A stretch of DNA of 64,000 bases from an uncultured Verrucomicrobiae bacterium (GTDB lineage Bacteria; Verrucomicrobiota; Verrucomicrobiia; Chthoniobacterales; UBA10450). Positions 54,201-61,707 of the stretch are shown here, piece after piece. How positions within the stretch are numbered: the stretch's first letter is position 1; each line of letters starts with the position of its first letter. Below the pieces are notes generated by a model that did no database searches, was not told the DNA's origin, and saw only the letters and a list, made by a program, of their open reading frames with translations. The DNA lies in contig CAVSDR010000003.1 in assembly GCA_963726745.1 (NCBI GenBank), positions 576,001 through 640,000 of the forward strand, read 5' to 3'. The position numbers and the translations under genes are program-made.

Positions 54201-54893
54201 CTGCGCGCTGTAATTCTTCAGCAGGATGAGATCGTGATAGCGGAAGGCCAGCAGGCGGTCGCTCGCTTCCAGCGTTTTCAAACGGACGTCAAAAGTCCCA
54301 CTGGCGCCGAACGAAAGCGACTCCAGCGGCGAAGCGCCGCGCTGGTAGATCGAAGCGTCAGAATCCTCGGACGCGTTGAGCTGATAGACGATGTCGATCG
54401 CCTGCGCCGCCATCCCGAGCTGCGACATGAAGGAGTAAAACGCGACCACCTGCTCCTGCTTCAGGCCGGCCTGCGAGATCAGGTCGTAGAGCTGCACCCC
54501 GAGCATGATCTTGCGATCGGCGCTCAATTGGTTGGCTAATTTCTGCGCCATCGCCCCGAGATCCTGCTGCTCGTAGAGCGCCTGGCGGAAAAGCTGCCGC
54601 AACTCGGAATAGACCGCTTCCGGATAATCGTAACGGAGGAAGCCTAACGAGCTGTCGATTTCCTCCTCGAGCAGGACGCCGTCGGCCTTGGAAAAGCCGG
54701 CCAGCACCTGGATGAGCAGCGGGAGGAGATTCGGCGCCTCGGCCACGCTCCGCGGTTTGCGCAGCGCGCGCCGCACCCAGCGCCGGCCCTGGCGTTGCAC
54801 CCGGTAGGCAAACGGCGTCACGCGCTGCACCGCGCGATCGATCCGATCGGCCAGGCTCGGCGGGGAGGGTGGAGCGGGTGCGGGTTCAGCCAT
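51264..54893 (-). CDS. Large fused ABC transporter: TerB-like N-domain, FHA-like beta regions, NBD and ABC-2 TMD
   Basis: GASGSGKST, LSGGERKR, LFDEPTSGL, TIHQP; ERERN and LIPQIL TMD motifs; N-terminal FSKADG..EEE. Start taken at the ATG at 54893. Confidence 0.85.
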   Translation of the reverse strand: MAEPAPAPPSPPSLADRIDRAVQRVTPFAYRVQRQGRRWVRRALRKPRSVAEAPNLLPLLIQVLAGFSKADGVLLEEEIDSSLGFLRYDYPEAVYSELRQLFRQALYEQQDLGAMAQKLANQLSADRKIMLGVQLYDLISQAGLKQEQVVAFYSFMSQLGMAAQAIDIVYQLNASEDSDASIYQRGASPLESLSFGASGTFDVRLKTLEASDRLLAFRYHDLILLKNYSAQSVSVRGRPLPRGGFCRIYPGQRILVGDHVLTYQELAAYFNAKKNVSLPQIYVRVPKDAEEVQLERSKSRDSSLEITFGLKVRVKALRDVDAVINGVRLSSGTVVEATLDDRIVFHNDSEMDLIDLRRRARAMGGRFQLKASKSEYLVSNNPSLLEEDDILLSPGTSGDVLLKILCDYDERVGTLEVIEADRPIMVGDVAVRGTAPLKDGETIRIDTGQFLRCNFSERIIEEERNIIRSLEVTDVNHRFGNGEIALEGISFAINRGELVCVMGASGSGKSTLLKVLGGQLQATSGKVLLNDESLYDHLDDLKRYVSYIPQEDAFDENLTIGENLQFAAAIRSPHLSRRDRTRRLESKLVELGLSERRDSVVGSPVKKTLSGGERKRLNIGLDMIGNADVYLFDEPTSGLSSKDSEHVIEIIRGMAHNKIIVVTIHQPSSKLFQMFHKAILFDKGGRLVFFGTPTDMLRYFAEAEHQHQFGADLGACPSCGTTRPEFIFDVLETPLRDISGDVIYEENNRGQLVPARRYSPEFWRDKYEAFRLIQDVKQISLRREPAVPLPKAPPKKERRTQIRWHDEWTQLRTLMKRAFISKLRNRGNLRITIGAAPLLALLIATLLHYSDSGAYDFASAYHIPMYLFLGLLVAMFLSLTNSVDDIVSDRAVLERERNLNIRLPYYVLAKITSLAVFALVQCTLFVLIGNWILEVRGMFWIHLGLMFLTAISSLSLGLVVSSLVANAKSAANVVPLILIPQILMSGALLKFEDMNRNLGFVHSMSRWFAEHPSEEQSKKMDSKLKVPFVCQFIGMRWSYEEIIVAQAKLNPLTRRQEKVNAEIRRLAPAAKTPETAARLNDLKEILAILSGLEAKTPKEVDRYLDVIDRVVAGKRPFQRSDFRNASGEITAEQLYINQKISDLISNAEIEQNDYRRGGKPNVFFGAEKRYLGMKVSVFTFNTMVLVTSSLALLGLLLWILRRQLEVRRG

Positions 54894-55035
54894 GTTAGCC
54901 AGTTTGTAGGCTAATTCCTTGGTGCCCCGCACGCAATGCGGGGCCCGGCTCGCACTGGCTCTTCCACCTGCTCGCGAAACTTCTGCTCTCCTGTTGGTGA
55001 ACTGGGGAAGAGCCGGGCGCGCTCCCCACCCGCTC

Positions 55036-55905
55036 CTACTTCTTCTTGAAGAAATCGTCGAAGGTGGAGCCGCGCGGCGTGGCCGCCGCGCCCGGCAGTG
55101 GCGTCGCGTTCGGCGCAGCCACCGGTCCCGCTCCGGCCGCGCCCGTCGTGACAAAGGCCATCGCCTCCGCGAAGACCTCCGCCGGCGCCCATTGATGCCC
55201 GCCGTTGAACTCAAAGACCTTCAGCCGCTGGCGCGGGAAGAGCGCCTGCATCTGGGCAGCTTCGCCCTTGTTCTGGTCGGAGTTACCCATCGTCAGCGCG
55301 ATCCGCAGTTGGGCGTTTCGCCTCAGCTCGGCGATCTGGTACTGCCCATTCTTCTGCGCGGCGCCCGCCGCTTGCAGGATCAATCCCCCGAAACCCGGCC
55401 GCAGTTGCACAAAAACCGAGCTGCCGCGCGCCCCGCCCGATTGGCCCGTCGCATACTTCCGTCCTTCCGCGATCCGCAGCCGCTTGACCACGTCGTCATG
55501 CGCCGCGAGAAAATTTCCCACGATCGGCTCCCACGGTCCATTCTTCGCCTCCCCCAGCATCACGACCACGAACCCATTCGCCTTCAGCCAGGGCGCCATC
55601 GGCCCCATGGTCGCGTTGCCCCCGGCCGACATGATGAACAGGCACGGCCAACGCTTGCTCGCGTCGCTGTTGTAGCCTTTCGGAAGCCAGAGCTTGTAAT
55701 GGTAAGTGCCCCGGGCATCGTCCGCCTCCTTCTGCTTCTCGAAGACCGGCACCTGCGACGCCCGCGGAGCCTCCGTCAGCTCGCAGGTAATCGTCGTCTC
55801 CGTCTCCTCCGGGAGCGACTGATTGAGCGGCGTCCCCTCCGCCCGGAGAAACTGTGCCCCGAGAAAACAGCTACTGGCCGCCAGCATGGCGAAAACGAAC
55901 TTCAT
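55036..55905 (-). CDS. Exported alpha/beta hydrolase (esterase-like)
   Basis: Signal peptide, YKLWLPKGY, TGQSGGAR nucleophile elbow, GNSD, GGHQW. Confidence 0.78.
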   Translation of the reverse strand: MKFVFAMLAASSCFLGAQFLRAEGTPLNQSLPEETETTITCELTEAPRASQVPVFEKQKEADDARGTYHYKLWLPKGYNSDASKRWPCLFIMSAGGNATMGPMAPWLKANGFVVVMLGEAKNGPWEPIVGNFLAAHDDVVKRLRIAEGRKYATGQSGGARGSSVFVQLRPGFGGLILQAAGAAQKNGQYQIAELRRNAQLRIALTMGNSDQNKGEAAQMQALFPRQRLKVFEFNGGHQWAPAEVFAEAMAFVTTGAAGAGPVAAPNATPLPGAAATPRGSTFDDFFKKK

Positions 55906-57131
55906 TCTTGGAATTCGCGTGCGCCACAGGCTACGGACCTGTGCGCGATGCGGTATCCTTCTGCGCGCAAAACCGACCGCAGGACCAGACACTTCACTGC
56001 CCGTCCAGCCATCTATCGTCGTTAGTGCGCTGGGCGGATCGATCTTCTCGTAGCTTCGCGAAGGCGATTGTCGCCGGATCCGGTTCTCACTTTCGATTCA
56101 CAGAGGGTTCGGCGAGGAACCAAACCCTCCCCGGCGCGCTCGGAGGATTGGTGAGTCGGTCGAGATCATCGGGCAACTCCCGAAAAGTCATGCAATTGCG
56201 CCGGATGTGAAAGCAAACTGCACGATTCTGGAACTAACCCCGGCGCCCCTCCGAAACCTTGCCGCCTTCCCCTTCCAACCTGTGATAGACGAAAAAAGGT
56301 TCGCCTTTAAAGACGAAGAGCGTTTTGCCGTTCAGATCCAGCGTGGTTGTCGCGTCCTTCGTTTAATTCTCGTTAGGTCTTTGACCGTCGACGTTTCTCC
56401 TCACATGGAATCCGGATAAGTGGACGTGGAAGGCACTCGACGAGGATTACGACCTGTTGGGGCAAGGTTCTTGACGGCCGATGGAGCTGCGGACTGTCTC
56501 GGTATCGCGCGGCGACGCGTATTCCGTTCGCAGGTCGGGAGCAGCGCGCATCTGGCACGGGTGTAGTCACTCAGAAAGTCAAGAACGATATCCAATCGAG
56601 ATCGGAGGTATCGACTCGATGGAGCTTCGACGTATCGCTCGAGCAAAGCCGAAAGCAGTTACTGTCTCGAGCGCGGCTCAATGAGCCCAGCTCGCCACAG
56701 CGATCCAAACACCAGGCCGGCTTGATAGCCATCTCGACTGATGATCCGCCGCGCTAGAGGAATCGTGGCGTGGGTTTTTGCTTCGCGCGGTTACTCTCCG
56801 ATAGTTCTCGCCGAAGAGATGCTGCGGCAGAGCGCTTCTGGCGAGCGTCCGCTCCCCTAAACGGGAACGGCTGATCAGCGCGATCTCGTAGAAAGCGTCA
56901 TAGCCCATTTCCGACGTAGATGCGCGTTTGCGGCATCGACTTCGCACATGTTTTGTGACTTGGGCACTGGCTTCACTCACGTCATCACACCGACCTATCG
57001 GAGATCGCCGCGGCACGCCGGTTGATCCGCAGAGACCTGTGCCCGTTTCCCGAACGCAGGTATGCTTCGTCGCGCACGCCGCCGCTCAGCGTGACCGAGA
57101 TCAAGCGCATTCGAAATGAACGAAGACAAAG

Positions 57132-57254
57132 GCTCAACCTGTAGTGATGCAGCTAACCGCGGGCCGCTCCCTACCAACTTCTGGGATGGCTACCACAATT
57201 CCAGCTGCACCATGCGCCGCCCCGCCAGCGGTAGCTGATCTTGTCTCGTTAGGC
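57132..57254 (+). other. attC recombination site
   Basis: GCTCAAC (RYYYAAC) to GTTAGGC (GTTRRRY), 123 bp; inner arms CAGCTAACCGC / GCGGTAGCTG pair with a single bulged base. Confidence 0.75.
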
Positions 57255-57905
57255 CTGAGCTAAAGCGCCTCACGCCGACATTGTGCCCGCGGTGCTCATC
57301 ATAGGTGCGTCGATTGCTCGCGCAGAACCAGACGTTGCCAACGATCAAGAAACGCGTTCGAACGTCGAATTGGCGGTCACCGGATTGAATTGGCCGAACC
57401 CAAAACAGATTCTTTGCGGACCCAAGGCTGTCGCCTTGATAGCCCAGGGGACCCAAGATGGGCAGAAGTTTCCTGCCATTCATGTCAGCAAGGACGCCAG
57501 CAGGAATCTTCTTGCCCCGTGAGGGTAATAAGGGCAACGAGTATCCATTCTCGTCAGCTGGATACGGCGCGAGTCAGCTGCATCGAGAATTTATCTCGTC
57601 ATTTACGGCATTATCGCCGGAGATATGAACATCCGCTGCACGAAGACATTTACGAAGAATAGGCTGCTCAGCGCATATCACGAGTCCTCCGCCGTCGATT
57701 TCGGATTGAGCGGCATCGCACTCACGTTCAGACGAGAGTACCGGGATAACATTTTGATTACGTTCGGCCGGTAGATTGGCAGCGTCAGATCAGGAGATGC
57801 TCTTTTCGGCGCGTTTCGCAAGCTGGGTCGGGTACAGCGACCACGCACCGGTGATGTCGTCGACATCTCGGTTCCGAAAGACCTAACCATGCGATGCAGA
57901 TATGG

Positions 57906-57985
57906 GGGCAGAAATAGTCAGCTTCATAATCTCGCTGCGCTTTGTTGGCGGGAACGAAGTTATATGAAGCTGACCCCGAGTCGCT
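57906..57985. repeat. REP-like palindromic element, copy 1
   Basis: GTCAGCTTCATA (57917-57928) / TATGAAGCTGAC (57963-57974); closely similar to 59486-59563. Confidence 0.75.
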
Positions 57986-58006
57986 TTCCCTGACGCGCCG
58001 CTTCTC

Positions 58007-58462
58007 ATGCGTCTGGTTTTCGGCCAGGAACGGATGTGGGCCGGGTGGGCGTGGTTTCTTGGTGACATTGCCATTTTTTGGGGCAGCATTGCTTTCGCCG
58101 TGAACATGTCCAGGTGGACGAGAAGACTAGCCGATGACCGCTCTCCGGTGGATTCTATTCATTCCCGCAGCGTTGTCGTAGGAATGCTCGCGAGACTCCA
58201 TTTACGCTTGTTTCCGGCCTTTTTTCCGGCCATCAATGAGTTCATCGTGTGCGGCGCCGCGGGCGCCGTCACAATGATAATGGTGGGTTTGCGCGTCGCC
58301 CCGAAGCGGAGCGCGGCCGCGAAGTGGACATTGATCGCGATTACTGCTCTCTTGGGCGCACTTGCCGGACTCGGTTCGCTCGTAGGGTACCGACAAGCTG
58401 CAGGCGGCGATTGGGATCACTACGTTTCTTGTCGCGATTTCTTTTTGGGGCACCAGCGCTGA
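58007..58462 (+). CDS. Putative cassette-borne membrane protein, possibly decayed
   Basis: 151-aa hydrophobic ORF ending 13 bp before the attC start at 58476. Confidence 0.35.
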   Translation: MRLVFGQERMWAGWAWFLGDIAIFWGSIAFAVNMSRWTRRLADDRSPVDSIHSRSVVVGMLARLHLRLFPAFFPAINEFIVCGAAGAVTMIMVGLRVAPKRSAAAKWTLIAITALLGALAGLGSLVGYRQAAGGDWDHYVSCRDFFLGHQR

Positions 58463-58475
58463 TGACATCGCCAAC

Positions 58476-58740
58476 GCCTAACCATGCGATAGGCTGTGCA
58501 ATAAGTCTGAAGCCAAGAAAATCGGGCGAACAAGGAGGACCTATAAATCGCTTCTATTTTCTCTGAGGATGTTTCGATGGTCTTTTCTGAGCCGTCTTAT
58601 GTGCTCCGGCGACTTATTACACATCCTCGCGATGCAGCGAACCCCAGCCGGCTCTGCGTCCACATTTCCATGACTAAACCCCTAACTCCATCAGCGACTG
58701 CCTCCGGCAGAGCGTCGCTGATCTTGTCCCCGCTTAGACT
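58476..58740 (+). other. attC site interrupted by a MITE
   Basis: GCCTAACCATGCGAT [insert] GCAGCGAAC...GTCGCTGATCTTGT...GCTTAGAC; same architecture as 57132-57254. Confidence 0.68.
58491..58627. mobile_element. 137-bp non-autonomous element (MITE)
   Basis: TIRs AGGCTGTGCAATAAGTC / GACTTATTACACATCCT (15/17 match), flanked by TGCGAT / CGCGAT. Confidence 0.72.
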
Positions 58741-59485
58741 CACCATGTGGTGGAAACACGTGCTCGAATTTTGATTGTCAGCGGCCATCCTGTCAGAGGC
58801 GGCGGCTTTTGGGCTTGCCAAGCAGAGGCATCTTCAGTTCGCGGGCATTCCGAAGCCGCCGTTTCATCGGTTATCTCGGCCAGGGGATGATCGCCGAAGA
58901 AGTGCCGCGATCGAGCCGGTCTTCGGCTCGTTCGCCAAGAAGAAGATGTTTGCAGAAAGCGCCTGGCGGCGCTCCGTCAGGGCGCGGCTCCAATTGATTG
59001 GCATCTCTCCTACTCATCATCAGCTTCTTCCTCGGCGTTTGGTATTTCGTCGTCAGCTTGGCAGTGTTCGTTCTGCTCTCCATCGGCCACATACCGCCAT
59101 CAGCCAAGAACAACAACGCTACTCACGTGCACACGCTCATTTCGAACATATAAAGTGGATCAGGCCCTTGGAGGCGCCGAAGCGACTGGCACCGCATTCG
59201 TAGCGAGAATCTCGCCAATGGTGCTTTGATGCCGTCCTCCGTTCAGACCGAGTTCCAGCAGATGCTGTCGGCACATCTATTCCAGGACGCGTTCGAAACA
59301 TCACCGGTTAACACAGCGTCACTCCTGCGCCTCCGCTCGCTATGCATTGCGGCCATAGAGGAAGAGTTTGGCGCGTGAAAAGCCCTAACCAGGCGAAGCA
59401 GACATGTGGTTAGTGCAAGAAGTTTGTTTTCATGGTGAGTTTTCTTTCTGTTCCCCTCAAGAGGAGGGGTTTTGGGAACCGCAGT

Positions 59486-59563
59486 GGGCAGAAGGGGTCA
59501 GCTTCATAATCTCGCTGCGGTTTCTGGCGGGAGCGGAAGTTATGAAGCTGACCCCGAGTCGCT
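59486..59563. repeat. REP-like palindromic element, copy 2
   Basis: Perfect 16-bp IR GGGGTCAGCTTCATAA (59494-59509) / TTATGAAGCTGACCCC (59540-59555). Confidence 0.8.
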
Positions 59564-59626
59564 TCGCATCTGGGCAATAGCCGCGGAGAGATGGACGCTT
59601 TGGCCGGCGGGAGCTCAGAAGCGGGC

Positions 59627-59827
59627 ATGCGAACTTTAGTCGTGGAGGTGCGTGGCGGGGTCGTGCAGGAGATTTACACCGATGCGGAGAACCTGCGGGT
59701 GGTGGTGGTGGATTGGGATGGGGGAGACGATCCCGAGCATCCCTACGACGGCGGTGACTTCTCCGCGCAGCCGATTGGCAGTCTGCCGGAAGAAACCATG
59801 CGCGCGGTCCTTTCTCTGACGGCTTGA
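59627..59827 (+). CDS. Small hypothetical protein
   Basis: MRTLVVEVRGGVVQEIY..VVVVDWD; clean ORF with host-like codons. Confidence 0.6.
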   Translation: MRTLVVEVRGGVVQEIYTDAENLRVVVVDWDGGDDPEHPYDGGDFSAQPIGSLPEETMRAVLSLTA

Positions 59828-59891
59828 GCGTAGTTTAGCCGACGCCTTGGCCGGCGCTAAATCGCGTATCTATAGGGCTTTATCGACCGCA

Positions 59892-60270
59892 GATCGGGCC
59901 GGGACATCTTCCGCTCGGACCGAGATTACGCACGCTCGGGTCGAGTTGACCGACACTCGGGATGAGTTGACCGACGCTCGGATTCGAATGACCGACGCTC
60001 GGGTTGAAATGATCGAGGCTCGGGTCGAGTTGAGCGACGCTCGGATTGAGTGGGAGGCCTGCTCGGGTGCGGTGGAGGCAGGCTCGGGGCGCGTGGGACG
60101 AGGCTCGGGTGGTGATGCGGCGCGCTCGGGACGGAAGGACCAGCGCTCGGGGCGCGGCGCGGACCGCTCGGGTCGAGTGGGACGACGCTCCGGGTGAAGC
60201 GAACGATGCTGGGGCTGAGTGGGAAGAGGCTGGGGCGGGCGCGAAGCGGGCTGGGGACGGGATGGGGGGA
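59892..60270 (+). repeat. Degenerate 21-bp-period tandem array (about 18 units, GCTCGG core)
   Basis: Cores at 59892, 59913, 59934, 59955, 59976, 59997, 60018, 60039, 60061, 60082, 60103, 60124, 60145, 60166, 60187, 60208, 60229 and 60250. Confidence 0.85.
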
Positions 60271-60327
60271 GCGTGGGGCGGGCTTTCTCGTTGATTTTGC
60301 CTAACAACTTGTTCAATCTCCCGGGCC

Positions 60328-61022
60328 ATGAACGACGATCAAGAAAATCGACGGGGACGGGCGGGCGCCGTCTCGGGCGTGCTGGCGAAATATCAAACGG
60401 CGATCGCCGCGGTGCCGGCGATCGTGGCCCAGCAGACGGAGCTGAATGATTCCATCGCGTTGGTGGACGAGATTGCCCAAGGGCAGGCCTCGCCGACCAC
60501 GGGTGTGACCTTCCAACAAGGAGGCGTTGACCGACCTGATGGTGCGCAAAACGGTGCAGGTGGCCGGGCAATTGAAAGCTTTTGCCAGCGTGACGAACAA
60601 CAAGGCCCTGGAGGAGAAGGCCAACGTGAGCCGTTCAACGTTCATGAAGAAGCGCGACGAGCAGCGCGATGAAGTGGCGCAGGAAATCCATGATCTGGCC
60701 AGCGCGCAACGTGGCGGCGCTGGCGGACTACGGCACCACGGCGGCCACGCTCTCTGCGCTGCAGACGCGGATCGACGTTTACTCGCAGGCAGTGCAGTCG
60801 CCGCGGATCGCCAAAAGCCATGTGGCCGGGCTGACGCAACTGCTAGAAAAGGAAATTCGCCGGATGGACACGATCCAGCGGGAGCGGTTGGATCCGTTGA
60901 TGGAGCAATTCAGCGATTCGAACGAGATGCTCTACAACGAATACCAGAGCGCCCGCACGCTGGTGGACAATAAGGGCGGCGGGAAGAAGACCGCCAACCC
61001 GCCGGCTAAACCGACACCCTAG
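60328..61022 (+). CDS. Helical hypothetical protein (about 230 aa) with two apparent frameshifts (near 60512 and 60707); sequencing error or pseudogene
   Basis: Three overlapping ORFs join into MNDDQENR..TGVTF / KEALTDL..DLASA / NVAALADYG..LDPLMEQF..YNEYQSAR. Confidence 0.65.
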
Positions 61023-61037
61023 AGCGTGCGGCGGCCG
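61017..61037 (+). repeat. 21-bp direct repeat, left of hicBA
   Basis: CCCTAGAGCGTGCGGCGGCCG, identical to 61503-61523. Confidence 0.85.
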
Positions 61038-61078
61038 CGCGCTCTTGACCTGCGGCAGGCAGAGCAGAGAGTCTTCCC

Positions 61079-61288
61079 ATGGTTTTGACCGCCGTGCTCA
61101 TTCCAGCCGAGGACGGTGGCTTCGTCGCGCTGAACCCTGAGACAGGGTCTACCACGCAGGGCGAGAGCGTTGCTGAAGCGGTCGCCAACCTCCAAGAGGC
61201 GACGGAGCTTTACCTCGAGGAGTTCCCGTTGCACAGCACTGGGCAACCGCTGGTTACCACCTTCGAGGTCGCGGTTCTGCATGCCTAG
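61079..61288 (+). CDS. hicB: HicB family antitoxin (short, no DNA-binding domain)
   Basis: EDGGFVA..P, TQGESVAEAVANLQEATELYLE. Confidence 0.88.
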   Translation: MVLTAVLIPAEDGGFVALNPETGSTTQGESVAEAVANLQEATELYLEEFPLHSTGQPLVTTFEVAVLHA

Positions 61289-61496
61289 ACTGCCGCGGGT
61301 TTCCGGCGCGGAGGCGGTGCGAACTCTCGAGCGTTTAGGGTTCTCCGTCGTTCGGCAGCGTGGCAGTCACATCATCATGCGCAGAGGAGGGTCTGGGTGC
61401 GTCGTTCCGAATCATCGGGAGATCAAGGCTGGCACTCTCGCGGGCGTTCTGCGGCAGGCGGGAGTTTCCATAGAGGAATTCATTTCTGCGCAATGA
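61281..61496 (+). CDS. hicA: HicA family toxin (mRNA interferase)
   Basis: [30 protein letters not shown]; overlaps the hicB stop. Confidence 0.9.
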   Translation: MPRLPRVSGAEAVRTLERLGFSVVRQRGSHIIMRRGGSGCVVPNHREIKAGTLAGVLRQAGVSIEEFISAQ

Positions 61497-61502
61497 CACC
61501 CG

Positions 61503-61523
61503 CCCTAGAGCGTGCGGCGGCCG
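61503..61523 (+). repeat. 21-bp direct repeat, right of hicBA
   Basis: Identical to 61017-61037. Confidence 0.85.
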
Positions 61524-61707
61524 TGCGCGGCGATATCCAGCACGGCAAGTATTCCTTTCCCCGGCGAACCGAGCACGGCAGGGGCGGCGGCGGGTGGCTT
61601 TCCCGCCACGTCTCCCCATGGCGGCGGCGTGGCCCCTGCTCTTTTGCAATGCCAAATCCTTCATGGTAACCTCCCTGTCCCTCATTTTGGGGGCGCGCTT
61701 ACCTCTT

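Larger units (their letters stand above)
56369..59400 (+). mobile_element. Degenerate integron gene-cassette array with no integrase in the window (CALIN-like)
   Basis: Lower GC, broken ORFs. attC elements at 57132-57254 and 58476-58740; attC 5' ends at 57881 and about 59383; an attC-type 3' end at 56369-56378. Confidence 0.7.

Noticed and set aside
56207..57890. Short ORF-track ORFs as intact genes
   Set aside because: Fragmented, atypical codon usage and no motifs; better explained as decayed cassette remnants.
59384..59413. Complete miniature attC (CTAACCA...TGGTTAG)
   Set aside because: About 30 bp is too short and GTTAGTG does not fit GTTRRRY; treated as a truncated attC start only.
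59892..60270. CRISPR array
   Set aside because: The conserved part is only about 6 bp with a 21-bp period, the 'spacers' resemble each other, and no cas genes are present.
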